This document shows positions 23,252-35,100 of a DNA stretch of 64,000 bases, piece after piece. How positions within the stretch are numbered: position 1 is the first letter of the stretch; the number at the start of each line of letters is the position of its first letter. This DNA is from Lingula anatina (taxonomy: Eukaryota > Animalia > Brachiopoda): NCBI GenBank assembly GCA_051362555.1, contig CM120641.1, forward strand, positions 19,592,001 to 19,656,000, given 5' to 3'. A program made the position numbers and the translations under genes. The notes below the pieces were generated by a model. That model had not been told where the DNA came from. It saw only the letters and a program-made list of their open reading frames with translations, and searched no databases.

Positions 23252-24189
23252 AAACAAGGCAGCAAAGCTGACAAATGTTCAGACATTCAGAAAAGAGTGC
23301 ACCAAATAATGTTTTGGCCAATTTTGATGCACTATTGCCTAATGCTTTAAAACGACATAATCACTCTTACCCTCTGACATTATGTACTACAGGTAACATG
23401 GATATTAAAAAACTAGCAAGTTATTCAGTTTCTATGCTATAAAAGCCACTGAAAATGCTAATGTGTGAAAAAATATTCAAACAAACAAAAAAAGAATAAT
23501 TACCGTAAATAAAAATGCTGATTTTCGAAAGCAATCTGCCTCTTTACCAAACAAAGCCACTCAGTAAATTTAATGTAAAACAAAAATATAGTTTGGCAGT
23601 AATGGGGCAAACATAACCAAAATTGTGCAAAAAAATAAAAAATAAAAATAAATATATAAAATAATAATAATAAAATTAAAAAAATAATAATAATAACAGT
23701 AAATATAAACCAATTGTACAGATTTTCGAAAGCAACCTGCCTCTTTACCAAACAAAGCCACTCAGTAAATTTAAAGTAAAACAGTTTGGCAGTTATGGGG
23801 TGAACATCAACAAAATTGCCCAAAAATCCAGAATAATTACCATAAATGTAAACCGATCGCCACAATTTTCAAACAGAACCTGCTTCTATGCCAAACAAAG
23901 CCACTCAGTAAATCTAAAGTAAGACAAAAATATTATTTGAAAGTTATGGGGCGAATGTCGGCAAAATTGTGGAAATGACCAGAATAATTATTGTAAATGT
24001 GAACGGATCATGCCCATTTTCGAAAGCAACTTGCTTCTTTACCAAACAAGGCAATTTAGTAAATTTAAAGTAAAACAAAAATACGGCAGTTATGAGGCAA
24101 ATGTCATGTGTCCGACAGCGACAGCGATGGCAAGGACAGGGATAGACAGATTGATCAGAATATATGCAGACACTTACAGTATATAAAAA
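23252..24189 (+). mobile_element. Helentron-associated (HINE-like) element in ER intron 1
   Basis: 5' end AAACAAGGCAGCAAAGCTGACAAATGT is shared with 42906. Four internal repeats of TTTTCGAAAGCAA..CTTTACCAAACAAAGCCACTCAGTAAAT (about 23522, 23723, 23865, 24016). GACA-type microsatellite and a degraded 3' hairpin. Confidence 0.65.
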
Positions 24190-24818
24190 TGAAAATTGGT
24201 GTACCCTTTTGTTCTTTTTTTATACAGAAAAAGCATTACAAATGCAAAATATATTTTAATGATTTCAAAATTATGTAACTGAAAGACCGACGCTTTTTTC
24301 CATTGAAAAGATCGAATCTATAACGTATTATGTTTGGGCCATGAAAACATGCTCTAACTGAAAACAAGCAATAGGTTAATTTATGTGAAAATTTCTGTAA
24401 AATGCCAAGAAAAATACTGTTATAAGCACAGATTTTCAAAGTCTGTAGGTAGATAAAATGAACAATGATAAATTCCTAAATAGCTTTTGCAGGGACGACG
24501 CATTGAGAGGCGTGTGAGAAGCGGAGAGACCATTACAGGATTAAGCAGTCTTCCTTTCATGTAGGTCCACCATATTTAGGTTGTGGCCTAGCTAGCACTC
24601 AGCTCTTCTCATTCTGAATGGCCTCTAAGGAAGCTCTATACTCACACTTGCAGCTGTAGCTGCAAAAAATGTGTATCTTTTTCTTACTGAATAAATGATA
24701 AATATACCATCTGGTTAAAAATAATAAACCTGCAGTGACTGTAAGAGGACATTAATAACAGATGATCCGAGGATCTACAAATCCACGGATCATATATGGT
24801 GGACCCAACATGAAAGAA

Positions 24819-24961
24819 GAGCCAACTAATCCACTGATGGCATCCCTGCCTCCACACGCGCCATTAAACATATTAAATCACTGCTCCGAGGTTTAATTGC
24901 TAGACCCCTGCAAGGACAGCACATGTGGAGGCAGGAAGACCATCAGTGGATTAGTCGGCTC
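24819..24961. repeat. Inverted repeat with 38-bp arms (small MITE or hairpin)
   Basis: GAGCCAACTAATCCACTGATGG..CCTGCCTCCACA (24819-24856) pairs with TGTGGAGGCAGG..CCATCAGTGGATTAGTCGGCTC (24924-24961). Confidence 0.75.
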
Positions 24962-27919
24962 CTTTCTGTATACCCTGTTACTTCATCAAATGAAGTTAGA
25001 CACAATTCAATGAAACCATTTTATGTACATCATTTTGGTTGATGGCAAAACTGAAAATGGATATTTATGAAAAACAGTACTTTTAAGTACAAATCATAAT
25101 ATCACACTCATTGATTTCTCTTGTGGCTTTTACAACAATTAGTAGGTATATACAAAGATGTTGACAACAAAATCTTTATCAGTCCAGTTAAATAAGGACA
25201 TGACTACTGAGTAGACCTTGGTAATGTACAAATCCCTATGTTATTTACGTAAGTGGCCTGCCTTCTACTGGGTCACATGAGGTAAGAGGTTGAACAAGGT
25301 ACTCCGACTTCATCAACAGGATATCAATACAACAACATGTATTGGTGATCACAGATTTGAAAGAAATGTACTAGTAATAAACTGTCATTAAGTAGTTCAT
25401 AGAAAATCTGATATTTCCGATGTTTATCATGACATATGACGGAATCACAACTTCAAGAAATATAGACAAAGGGATTTGGCTTCTTTAATAATTGCCCAAT
25501 CTATTTTTAAAGCATAATTAGTGCAGCAGCTAAGGATACTTTCCCACCAGCTGTACCGTTCAGTTTATCACATAACATGAGTAACACAGGCAGTTCACAG
25601 AAAACATAAAACAGCAACTCATATGACCAATCTTATGACACATAAAAGTATATTTGTAAAATCTATCACAGACATTTGGCCTACAGTGTGACGTACACGC
25701 AGGTGAACAGGGCATGGAAAATGAGAGTGAAATAAAAAAGATACAAATCTGACTGCAGAGTCAACTGACAGCAATTTTCTTAGCACTCTGACCCTTCAGT
25801 CACTGGTACCATAACAATCATATTTTGAGACTAGTACGGTTAGTGAACACTGCACCATTAGAAAACATGAGAGAAATAAGATTTCTGTGATATATGAGTC
25901 AAAGAGACTGTACACCTATTAAGTAAGCTTAGTTGTAATTTTTTAACACCAAAAGGTGTCAAATCATCTTTTTTTTCCAATCATATTTTGGTTTTATTGC
26001 ATGTGTACCATATTTTGTTATTAATGCAGTGACCAGGCCACATCTTTGGACTTTGAAAAAAATCAATAATCACCTGTAAAATGTAAGAGACATGTTTACT
26101 TGGTTGTTGATATAAGAGAATGTGCAACTGGTGCAAAAAGGTTGCACGTAGTCATCATATCTCTGTCATCTTGAAACAGACGACCTATTAATATGCCATC
26201 TCCCATATCTAAACACCAGACCAATGACCTTTTATATCCATTATATAATACACACCACCACTGAAACACCATTGAAAGGACACTGATATTACCAGTAAGC
26301 CCAGTGACTACTGAAAGGGCAACAAACGGTCATTGAACCTGCACTGGCCGCCATTAGATGTCAAACAGGGTTACAGGGACCCCAGTTATGAAAAGTTTTA
26401 TTGTTCTGAGAGGTTGTTTGTATCAATTCAACATGTTTGCAAATTTAACAAAACAATGGTACGCATGCAATATGTACATTTGATGTGTTTATAGGTTCCT
26501 AACAGTGTGTTACTGAGGGTTTTCAAAGCTTCCACATGCAATACAGTTCATAAAGTTGAAATTGAGTAACAGCTAGTGCTTTGGGCAAATAGGTCACAAG
26601 GTAAGAAGGTTGCATTGTACCCATCTTCAAAAGCTGGTTACTCAATTTTCATAACTTGGAGGTCTGCGCATTTCAGATATATTCTGCTGTTAATATATGG
26701 CTTATGAGGGAGATATTTTGCACTAAGGCTTATGATTATAACAGTCACTATAATTTCATTTCTAGGCCTGTGATTAATCAGGCACAAAGACCAGTTCCAA
26801 TTTCTACATGTGCTGGTATATATCAAAATTTTCCTGCTGTGAATTTATTTTCACTACATTTGATACAATATTTTTTGCATTTCTAAATATTTCAATTATT
26901 AATTTTGTGTGAGTGTGTTTGTGTGTGTATTTTTTGTATTTCAAATACTTCATTTTAGATAAAATATTCATGGAAGATAGCTGGGACTATTGCTATTGAT
27001 AAATAAATGTTTATAAGAGTATGGAGACCTCTGAGCATACTACATATATATCAACCGTGTTTTGTGGATGGTTTTTGATGGCCTACTAGGAGGTTGCAAT
27101 TTTATAGAAAGTTATTTTATGGAAGTTAATGGGTAAAACAAAATGTTTATCATAATGTATACCCCATATGAAAAAATAAAATAAAGATATGAGATGCTTA
27201 CAATTTTATAAAGTTATTCATCCCTCTCCACCAATTCAGTGTCCTTTGTTTTGTTTTTTTTTTTTTTGCACCCATTATCAATTCACTCATTTTTGGGTAT
27301 ACTGGCTATTAAAAAACATTTTTTTAGGAATTTGGACTGACTGTCAAACATGGTAAAATGAATACATCAGCATATACTAGTATTTGTCATCCAAACAAGT
27401 TATTTATTGTAGTTCCAACATTTTCAATTCATTGTTACACCCTTTTCAACATATTATGGATATTGTGATCGCGTTGCAATTTAGTGCATCTTATTTTTTA
27501 ACAGGGAAGGGGGGGGGGGGGGTAAATTTTGACCAGCCATGGACTAATCTACAGAGTACAGTATGAAAATCATGGTTAAATTTTCTGTTAACATTTGATA
27601 TCCATTATGTGTGCTTATACATCGGTTTTTCGGTAATGGCTGTACGGTATTCTAAAATTGTTTTCTGTTATTTTAGATTCATTTAAACAGCCGAGTGTTA
27701 ACTGAGTAATACAAATGTACTGTACTGTATATTATCTGATACATGTATAAACATTTGTATGCTCGTAAGTTTATAAGACTGTCATCAACCTACCTACGCT
27801 GTGTATAATGGTTTTATAACCTAAATAATAATCTACATTCATATAAAGGATAACAAAGATGTGTCTGAAATTGGTCGCTGTCCAAAATGTCATTGTTCGT
27901 TAGCAATAAAAAAACTTAC

Positions 27920-28080
27920 CTGATTCTGTTAATGGTACGTTTCTGTTGAAAATGGCTGCATTTTCTCGTCTTTTGCTTCTGATTCGTCTTCCAAGCGTTA
28001 AACACTAATTTTATACAAATAAAACCTGAATGCACTAACAGTACGCAGTCTCCAAACTAGTATCTAGAGCCTTCGTACTC
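27920..28080 (-). other. Probable non-coding first exon of the ER gene, containing a short uORF
   Basis: Strong donor CAG|GTAAGT at 27920/27919 in CpG-richer sequence. A matching acceptor lies at 22260/22259, upstream of the ER ATG. uORF MQPFSTETYH*. The 5' end is approximate. Confidence 0.6.
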
Positions 28081-28138
28081 GCTCGTCCTTCAACTATATT
28101 ACAATGCCTTGTACTTGGGCCTAGAATATAGTGCTCTT

Positions 28139-28177
28139 AGGTCATGACGTCAGGTCAGGTTGACCCGGTCAATGCCC
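28139..28177. promoter_or_regulatory. Composite nuclear-receptor/CRE element in the putative ER promoter
   Basis: AGGTCA-TGACGTCA-GGTCAggtTGACC-cGGTCAaTGCCC: perfect CRE at 28145-28152 and perfect 13-bp ERE at 28153-28165, plus extra half-sites. Confidence 0.75.
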
Positions 28178-29131
28178 GCTCTAGATTCAAGTAGGCTCTA
28201 GATGATAAACATCGTCTGACACTACTGTCGATCTTGTGATCATCGTTTTCGATTTCCTAGCATGCTAAGAGACAGTACAGTATTTTAATTCGTTTGGTTT
28301 AATTCAGATGACATACTCCTTTTATCTTTCAATTTCACTGTCTAGAACTGTTTGACATTTCCGCACTTAAAGCAAATATGCCACCAGAGTGCGCACATAT
28401 CACTTGTGTCTGGTTGGCTAACACGGCATACCTCCAGCTATTGGTCTCTTTATGAATCTCATGGCTGCTATTGCTTGTGACAGTGATTAATAGTCTTATG
28501 TCGACGGTCTGCAAAAGATAATTCACGGTTCTCTCAAATAAGCAGAAGTGTAACAATATACATAGAATTTAATAGTATATAATTATATGAGATATTTTTT
28601 ATTAGTCAGAATATATTTGAAAATCACTGCAATCTAAAAGGAATTACAATAACTGGCGTTAGTAAAAATAAACATTTTATGGCATATTAAAGCAGTTTAA
28701 ACAATGACATATTTACTAGTGCTTCCTGTTTACTGGACTTGTACATCTGGCAAACTATATTTTTAATAAATAAACTGTCTAAAATGTCTTAAAATGGTCC
28801 ACTATGTTCATTTTGTTCCCATGAAAAGTTTATTTTAAAACGCTGACAATTTTACTATTTTAGGCCTATGTACATGTAGGGCACCAATTTTAAAAATCAA
28901 ATAAAAGAAAAGAATGCACTTATCAAAAATATCATTAAAGTTTACGAATGGCACCAAATCAAGAGACACGGCGATAGGATTCAACTATTGAAGTATAACT
29001 GTTGTAGGCCTACTTCCATGATCCTAGCTAGGGCACTGAAATGAAAAAAAAAATCCTTTGGTTTTGTCTCGTTAAAGGCTTAATTTATTTATTATTGTTA
29101 TTGATATTTTGTGCGGGGGAGGATGGGCAGG

Positions 29132-29611
29132 CAGGGCCGTAGCCTCCGGGGGGGCAGGGGGGGCAGTTGCCCCCCCCTGGGATTTGAGGTGCAAAAAAAA
29201 TAATCGCAAAGGTAAAAAAAAAATTGCAAAGTTGGTATCAATTCTGTACGTGAGAAAATGCACTCATGGCCACTAGACAATCATTCAACAATCTGTTTAC
29301 AAAGGTGTACTGTTTTTAGCCAACTCACTTCATGCCAAAAAGCTCACCCTCCCTTAGTGAGCTATACCCCAGGCCAATTGGCGTGTTGTGTTGAAAAAAT
29401 GACTGTACTTATGGCAAAATGAACACACAATTTCTGACTTCTGATTGAGCATTAAAAAACAGTTAAAGTGCACCAGAATGCAGTATTATACATACAGTTT
29501 TTAAAAATTTTCCACACCGTGGGAGGGGGACACCCCCTACCAAACCCTCGCCCCCTCGTGTCCGCTAGCTGCCCCCCCCCCGCCTGGCATTTTGCTCAGG
29601 CTACGGCCCTG
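29132..29611. mobile_element. MITE with 13-bp TIRs and 5-bp TSD (hAT5-like), copy 2
   Basis: TIRs CAGGGCCGTAGCC...GGCTACGGCCCTG, TSD GCAGG. Carries about 200 bp of internal sequence absent from copy 1. Confidence 0.85.
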
Positions 29612-29918
29612 GCAGGGAAGGGGGAAGTCTAGCAAATATTTTCCTAAACAAAACGATAGATTCAGCCTGCCCCAAACTTAAGTTATGCAAAAGACACGCT
29701 AGGAAGCCGAAAAATTCGTCAAAGTGCCTTAAATTACGGAAAGGAAATTATTTGAATCTGTCGAATTAATTAATTCTTCCCCACCCTCCATGATCACCCC
29801 CTGAGATCACTGACCTGTATGTACAGTTCTCATTTAAGAAATAGGCATTTAAAAGCAGTACTAGTAGGGCCTATTAGAGGGAAATATTAATGGGATTAAC
29901 AAGCACTTGCCCAATTTT

Positions 29919-30358
29919 CATTACCTCCGCCAAGGTGGTTATGTTTTTGGTTCCGTTAGTTTGTCTGCCTGTCTGTCTGTCTGTCTGTCTGTTAGCAGCA
30001 TTACAGAAAAAGTTATGGACCGATTTTGTTGAAATTTTCAGGAACTGTCAGAAGTGGGCCAAGGAACAGATGTTTAGTTTTGGTGGTGATCAGGATCAAT
30101 AATCAATCAATAATCAAAAAACATAAAACTACGTTATGGACCGATTTTGATTAAATTTTCTGGAACTGTCAGAAGTGGGCCTAGGAACAGAATATTAGTT
30201 TTTGGTGGTGATCCGGATCATTAATCAATCAATAATCAATAATCAAAAATAAAAAAAATTAAACCATTATAGAATGAAAATTTAGAAGTGAAACGGCATT
30301 GGGTGGAGACTTTGCTGTCTTGGCGGAGGTCTGCGCTCTCGGAGTGCTTTTCTAGTTA
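29919..30358 (+). mobile_element. DINE-1/HINE-type Helentron-associated element
   Basis: Subterminal IR ACCTCCGCCAAG...CTTGGCGGAGGT, a (GTCT)n microsatellite, two about 120-bp core repeats, hairpin GCGCTCTCGGAGTGC and a CTAGTT 3' end. Confidence 0.85.
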
Positions 30359-31218
30359 TAGGTAGAATGTTAAAGATGGATATTGGTCAACTGCGCATCG
30401 TCGAAGGTCTGCCAGTTGTTCGCTCGGTTCACACGTTTTTCATTAAATCCATTATGAACTATATCCAAAGCAAATCTTTTGATATTTGTCACCATAATAT
30501 TAAAAAAGTTGAAGCCTCTAATGGAAGATCCTCTCACTAATTTTTTTCTTTGCGTTTTAACCATTGTCGATAATTGGCAGGGGCGGAGCCAGGATTATTC
30601 GAAGCGGGTGGGGTCGCGGATGCGAAGCCGACACTGTACTGTACATGTATTATTTATCGCGATTCGTGAAGCACCCCTTTCTCGTGACTCGTGAATACGG
30701 GTATTTATTCTTTGTACTTCATGAGTCATTATACCCGGTGATTCGTGATATTTAACAGGCATTTTCAACAAGATATGAATAATGTATTATTTATACTGTG
30801 ATTTGTAAATTGATGCTTTTTCCATGCATCGAATTCTGATCAATATCCCCCTTCCAATGGGACCCTCTATATTTTTTGTAAATTTATGTAAATTATAGTT
30901 TTCTAGTACGAGAATACGCAGTTTGTTCTACAAGTCCGCTGTAACCAAAAATATGCCTCTGTTCCACACTTTGGACATGAAAGCAATTACCGAATATTGA
31001 GACACTTCAATAGTCTGCTGTTGTTATACATCCATTCATACAGAATAAATTTGTGCTCTAAAGCGCACATTGCAAAATTTGAAAACTATTTAAGTTTTTA
31101 CATTATATGTTCTTTTTTTTTTTTTTTAATCAACCCTTTCTTTACTAAAATGCGCTTGACTTTCAGTTGGAGTTCACACAGGTATAGTCTTGACCGAGAT
31201 TTGTCAGTAGACCAGTAG

Positions 31219-31219
<1 letters not shown>

Positions 31220-31264
<45 letters not shown>
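31220..31264. repeat. (ATT)n microsatellite
   Basis: About 14-15 ATT units. Confidence 0.95.
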
Positions 31265-31265
<1 letters not shown>

Positions 31266-32179
31266 TTTGCAGTGTGTTTGTGTATGTCCAAGTTTTTTTC
31301 CTGCGGTAAACACAGTAGGGGTTAGCAAACATGTATTGTAGGTTGTCTTTATTTCCGTCTCTGGCATTTATCATATCTGATCCAGAATTGAAATAATTAC
31401 AGTGGCAAGCTTGCTGTTCAGCGTTTAATATCATTTGAGTGACTTTCTGTTATATGGAGCATATATTGACAAGATGTTGTTTTTATATGCTATATAATGG
31501 TATAATTAATTTTATCTTTGAATATCGGATGCGTGGGTGTTAGCTCGTGTTAAAAATTTTCAAAAGAATTTTTAAAGAACGGTAACTAAGTATTTTGAGT
31601 TTGACGGTGTTCAGTTGTCACAGAAAATTGACAATACTTTGGCAATTTCATGATAAGTGTGCTTTTTTATAGTGGTTTAAAATCTAATAATGCAATCTAT
31701 GTACTATATTTTCGTGGTCCCGATAGTAATTCATATTGATATCTATACAAGAAGTTATTATAGACCTCTGGTCCTACCTGCAGTGATGTCTTTTCGGTTT
31801 TTTCAATAAATGATGACAAAAATCCTTAAAACATTGTATACTTTACAGTATTTATTTGAAAAATCAAAATTTGCAAAACTCACACTAGCCTTGGATCCAT
31901 GATACATGTGTTTCCTGGCTCCAAGCTCAACCTTAAAGGGGTCTTAACAATATGAGCCAAGTTAAAACTTATTGAAACATGTTCTGATGTATTTATATCA
32001 TTATTTTCAGCCAAAGTGACCATACAGCTTTTTGTTTACTCGGTAAATACCGTCCGGTTTGGTGTATTCCTGCATCAAGCTCCAATTAACCACGATCGAG
32101 TGAATTTACTTTTTCTTTACAAAATTTAAAGTAAGATCTCTATTTCCTCGGTGAATCTGTGATAGATATTAATGAGAAA

Positions 32180-35100
32180 ATGGCGAAATTTCAGGGGAGT
32201 CCGTTTTTTCGCTCTGTGAGTGCCTGGCCATCGCCACGACCCCTATGAGTACAAAAAAAATTAGCGCTCTAAATCTGCAGGCATCATTGTTCTTTCATCA
32301 TTTTTTTCTTTTTTAAAGTTAAAAATCAAATGTCTGTATATAAAGACAAGCGAGAGGAAAAGTCTTGTCAGAACAATTTCAACTATTGCTCATAAATTTT
32401 CTGGCCAGGTGAATGAAATACTGGCAGCATGTTCGTTGTTTACATCCGGGTTCGACACGCCCACCCTTATTTGGCCCTGGAAACCATATATGGGAACCCC
32501 TCGTGGCCAGTGGGCGGAACACTACCATATTTGTGACCATGTGCGCATGGAAAGTAAATCCCATATGCCACATTGCAAGTGTCATTTCTACCGATAGCAC
32601 ATTAAATATCATGCTAAAAACTTGAAACGGCCTATGATCAACATTTAGGAATAGATCATGATAGTAGAAAGATATCAAGTGATGTTTATTTGGGGAACAA
32701 TCTCAGCGCAGTAATATCCTCGTGTTTGTCGTCGGTGAATAGGCCATTCCTTTTTCGTCAGGAAAGCAGTCCGCGTGGTTTCTATCCGCTGACAACTTCT
32801 AGAATGCCAAACTCATCACAGAGTCAGAGTCAGAGCAATCTGTCTAGCACAACGTTTCAGAATATCCAGGACATTTTAAACAGTGGCGCTATGAATGCTA
32901 CATCGGCTAATACATTCAACTTAAGTGTATCTAACGGAGGTCAATTAATGAATAACAGAGGCCTTCCAAGTATGAAACACAAACGGGATGTTGATGAAGC
33001 AGGTCTAGATGAAGATTCAGACTCCGATTCTGAAGGAGCATCATCCATGCAAATGAGTCCGCAGCCACAGCTGACCAGTTTGAATGGACTTAAACCGGGA
33101 AAGAAGACGAAAGGAAGAGTGAAAATCAAGATGGAGTTCATTGAGAATAAACTTAGAAGATACACTACATTTAGCAAGAGGAAGACAGGCATTATGAAAA
33201 AGGTAGATATAAATATTATTTTAAAAAATGGAAATAAATGTTCATAAATGTGACAACTTAGGAACATATGTGACCAGTGCTCTGAGGGACCAAAGAGCTC
33301 TTAATTATTTAAATGAAAGTATTTTTAGACATGATTAAGTTTGCTTATCAATATGTTGAGGTCCTCTATTATAAATAGTTTAAATTATGCATTATCAAAA
33401 TATATTAAGAGGATTAAAAAATTTGGTCAGAATTTCATAATTAAAAAAAAAAATAACGGAAAAATATGTTGTGTTTTAGTTATAATCAAGTTCAACTGTT
33501 CTCATCGGTCGAAGTGGTTGAGTATTTTGTTAAACTTTCAATACAATATGTGGAGTTGTGAAGATGCAGTATAATTGGAATGTACCTGTGCTGTGCCATA
33601 ATAGGCACCAGTACATCTGCCTTAATAGGTACATCTGGTTTTAATCAATGAATGAATAGATGCACATTATGAGTTTGTTCTGCTAAGTTTAATTTCAGAT
33701 TATTTTGATATAACACATATTGTTTTAAAAATAACCGTAATGTGATTGTTAAAAAATGAAGGGGTGAATTGAAAATAATTTTTATGTTACGTTCTGTACT
33801 CTTGCCAAATACGCAGTTGTGCAAAGAGCTGGTTCCACGCTGAAAAAATGTAATCAAATTATATTTTGCAAATCGTCATAAATTTGTAATTTGAACTTCA
33901 AATAATTACATTGGTATTCCTTTCAAAAATTATTCTTAATGAATTTTCATTTTATTTGGCAGTTACCTGTAGAATACATATCTCAGATATGGCCTGTTCA
34001 GAACCAAGGTGATCAAATATGGCCACTCCACTTGAAAGTTTGGAATGTAACCTCTGGGGGAAAGCTTTCAAATCAATGGGTCAGCCATATTTGATCTGCG
34101 GATCAGTAAGTCTGTGGTTCATCTTGGTTCTAATCAGGCCCATATATACCTACTTTGGCAGGACACATGTACCTTAAGTGAAAGATCAATTTTGGGATAT
34201 CCAACTTTTTACAAGATTTTTCTCTCTGAACACTGGTGGTTGTTATTCATATTTATTAAAGAAATATATGGTTCTCTTTGCAGGCATATGAACTGTCAAC
34301 TTTAACTGGAACACAAGTGATGTTGCTTGTTGCTAGTGAAACTGGCCATGTTTACACATTTGCCACACGCAAGCTGCAGCCCATGATAACAAGTGAGAGT
34401 GGAAAGGCACTGATTCAGACATGCCTCAATTCTCCAGATCCACCCCCAGGAGCAACTCAGAATTCTCTGGATCAAAGAATGAACCCCACTGGCTTTGAAG
34501 AAACAGAGCTTACTTACTCTGTATCTGAAGAGGAAAGCAAGGTTATGCTTTTTGCAGTTTGATTTTTTTTTTCTGTAAAAATATCTCTTTTAGTATTGTG
34601 CACACTTTAATTAACTAAATAGCATTTGCATACAAAAAACCTTTTCTTTATCATTATAGGAATTTGATTACAATGTGTTTTGCATGAAATTTCTTAGGTC
34701 CTGTAAAATGAGGAAAGGGCATGATTGAGTATACTGGCACATTGAAAATAGCATTTCTATAAATTTGAACCATAGTTTAGAAAAATCATTTGAGAATTTC
34801 TGCATATATGAATTGTTCATTTACTTTCTCTTTGGTTACTTGAAATGTTAAACCGAAACATATAGTTTTTTTTCTCTTTTTAAATTTTTTTCTCTTTTTT
34901 ATTATAATAATTTATTTTAATTTAACCTTCACTGAGGTATATGGTGATTTTAACACCACTTTCTTTTGTTTTTTGAACAATTTTAAATGTTTCTGGTCAA
35001 AAATTAGATTAAAGCACCAAAAAATTTAATGAATTTTATCTGGCCATTGTGTGACACTTGGTTTTAATACCATGTTTTCCATGTGTAGTTAATTTGCATT

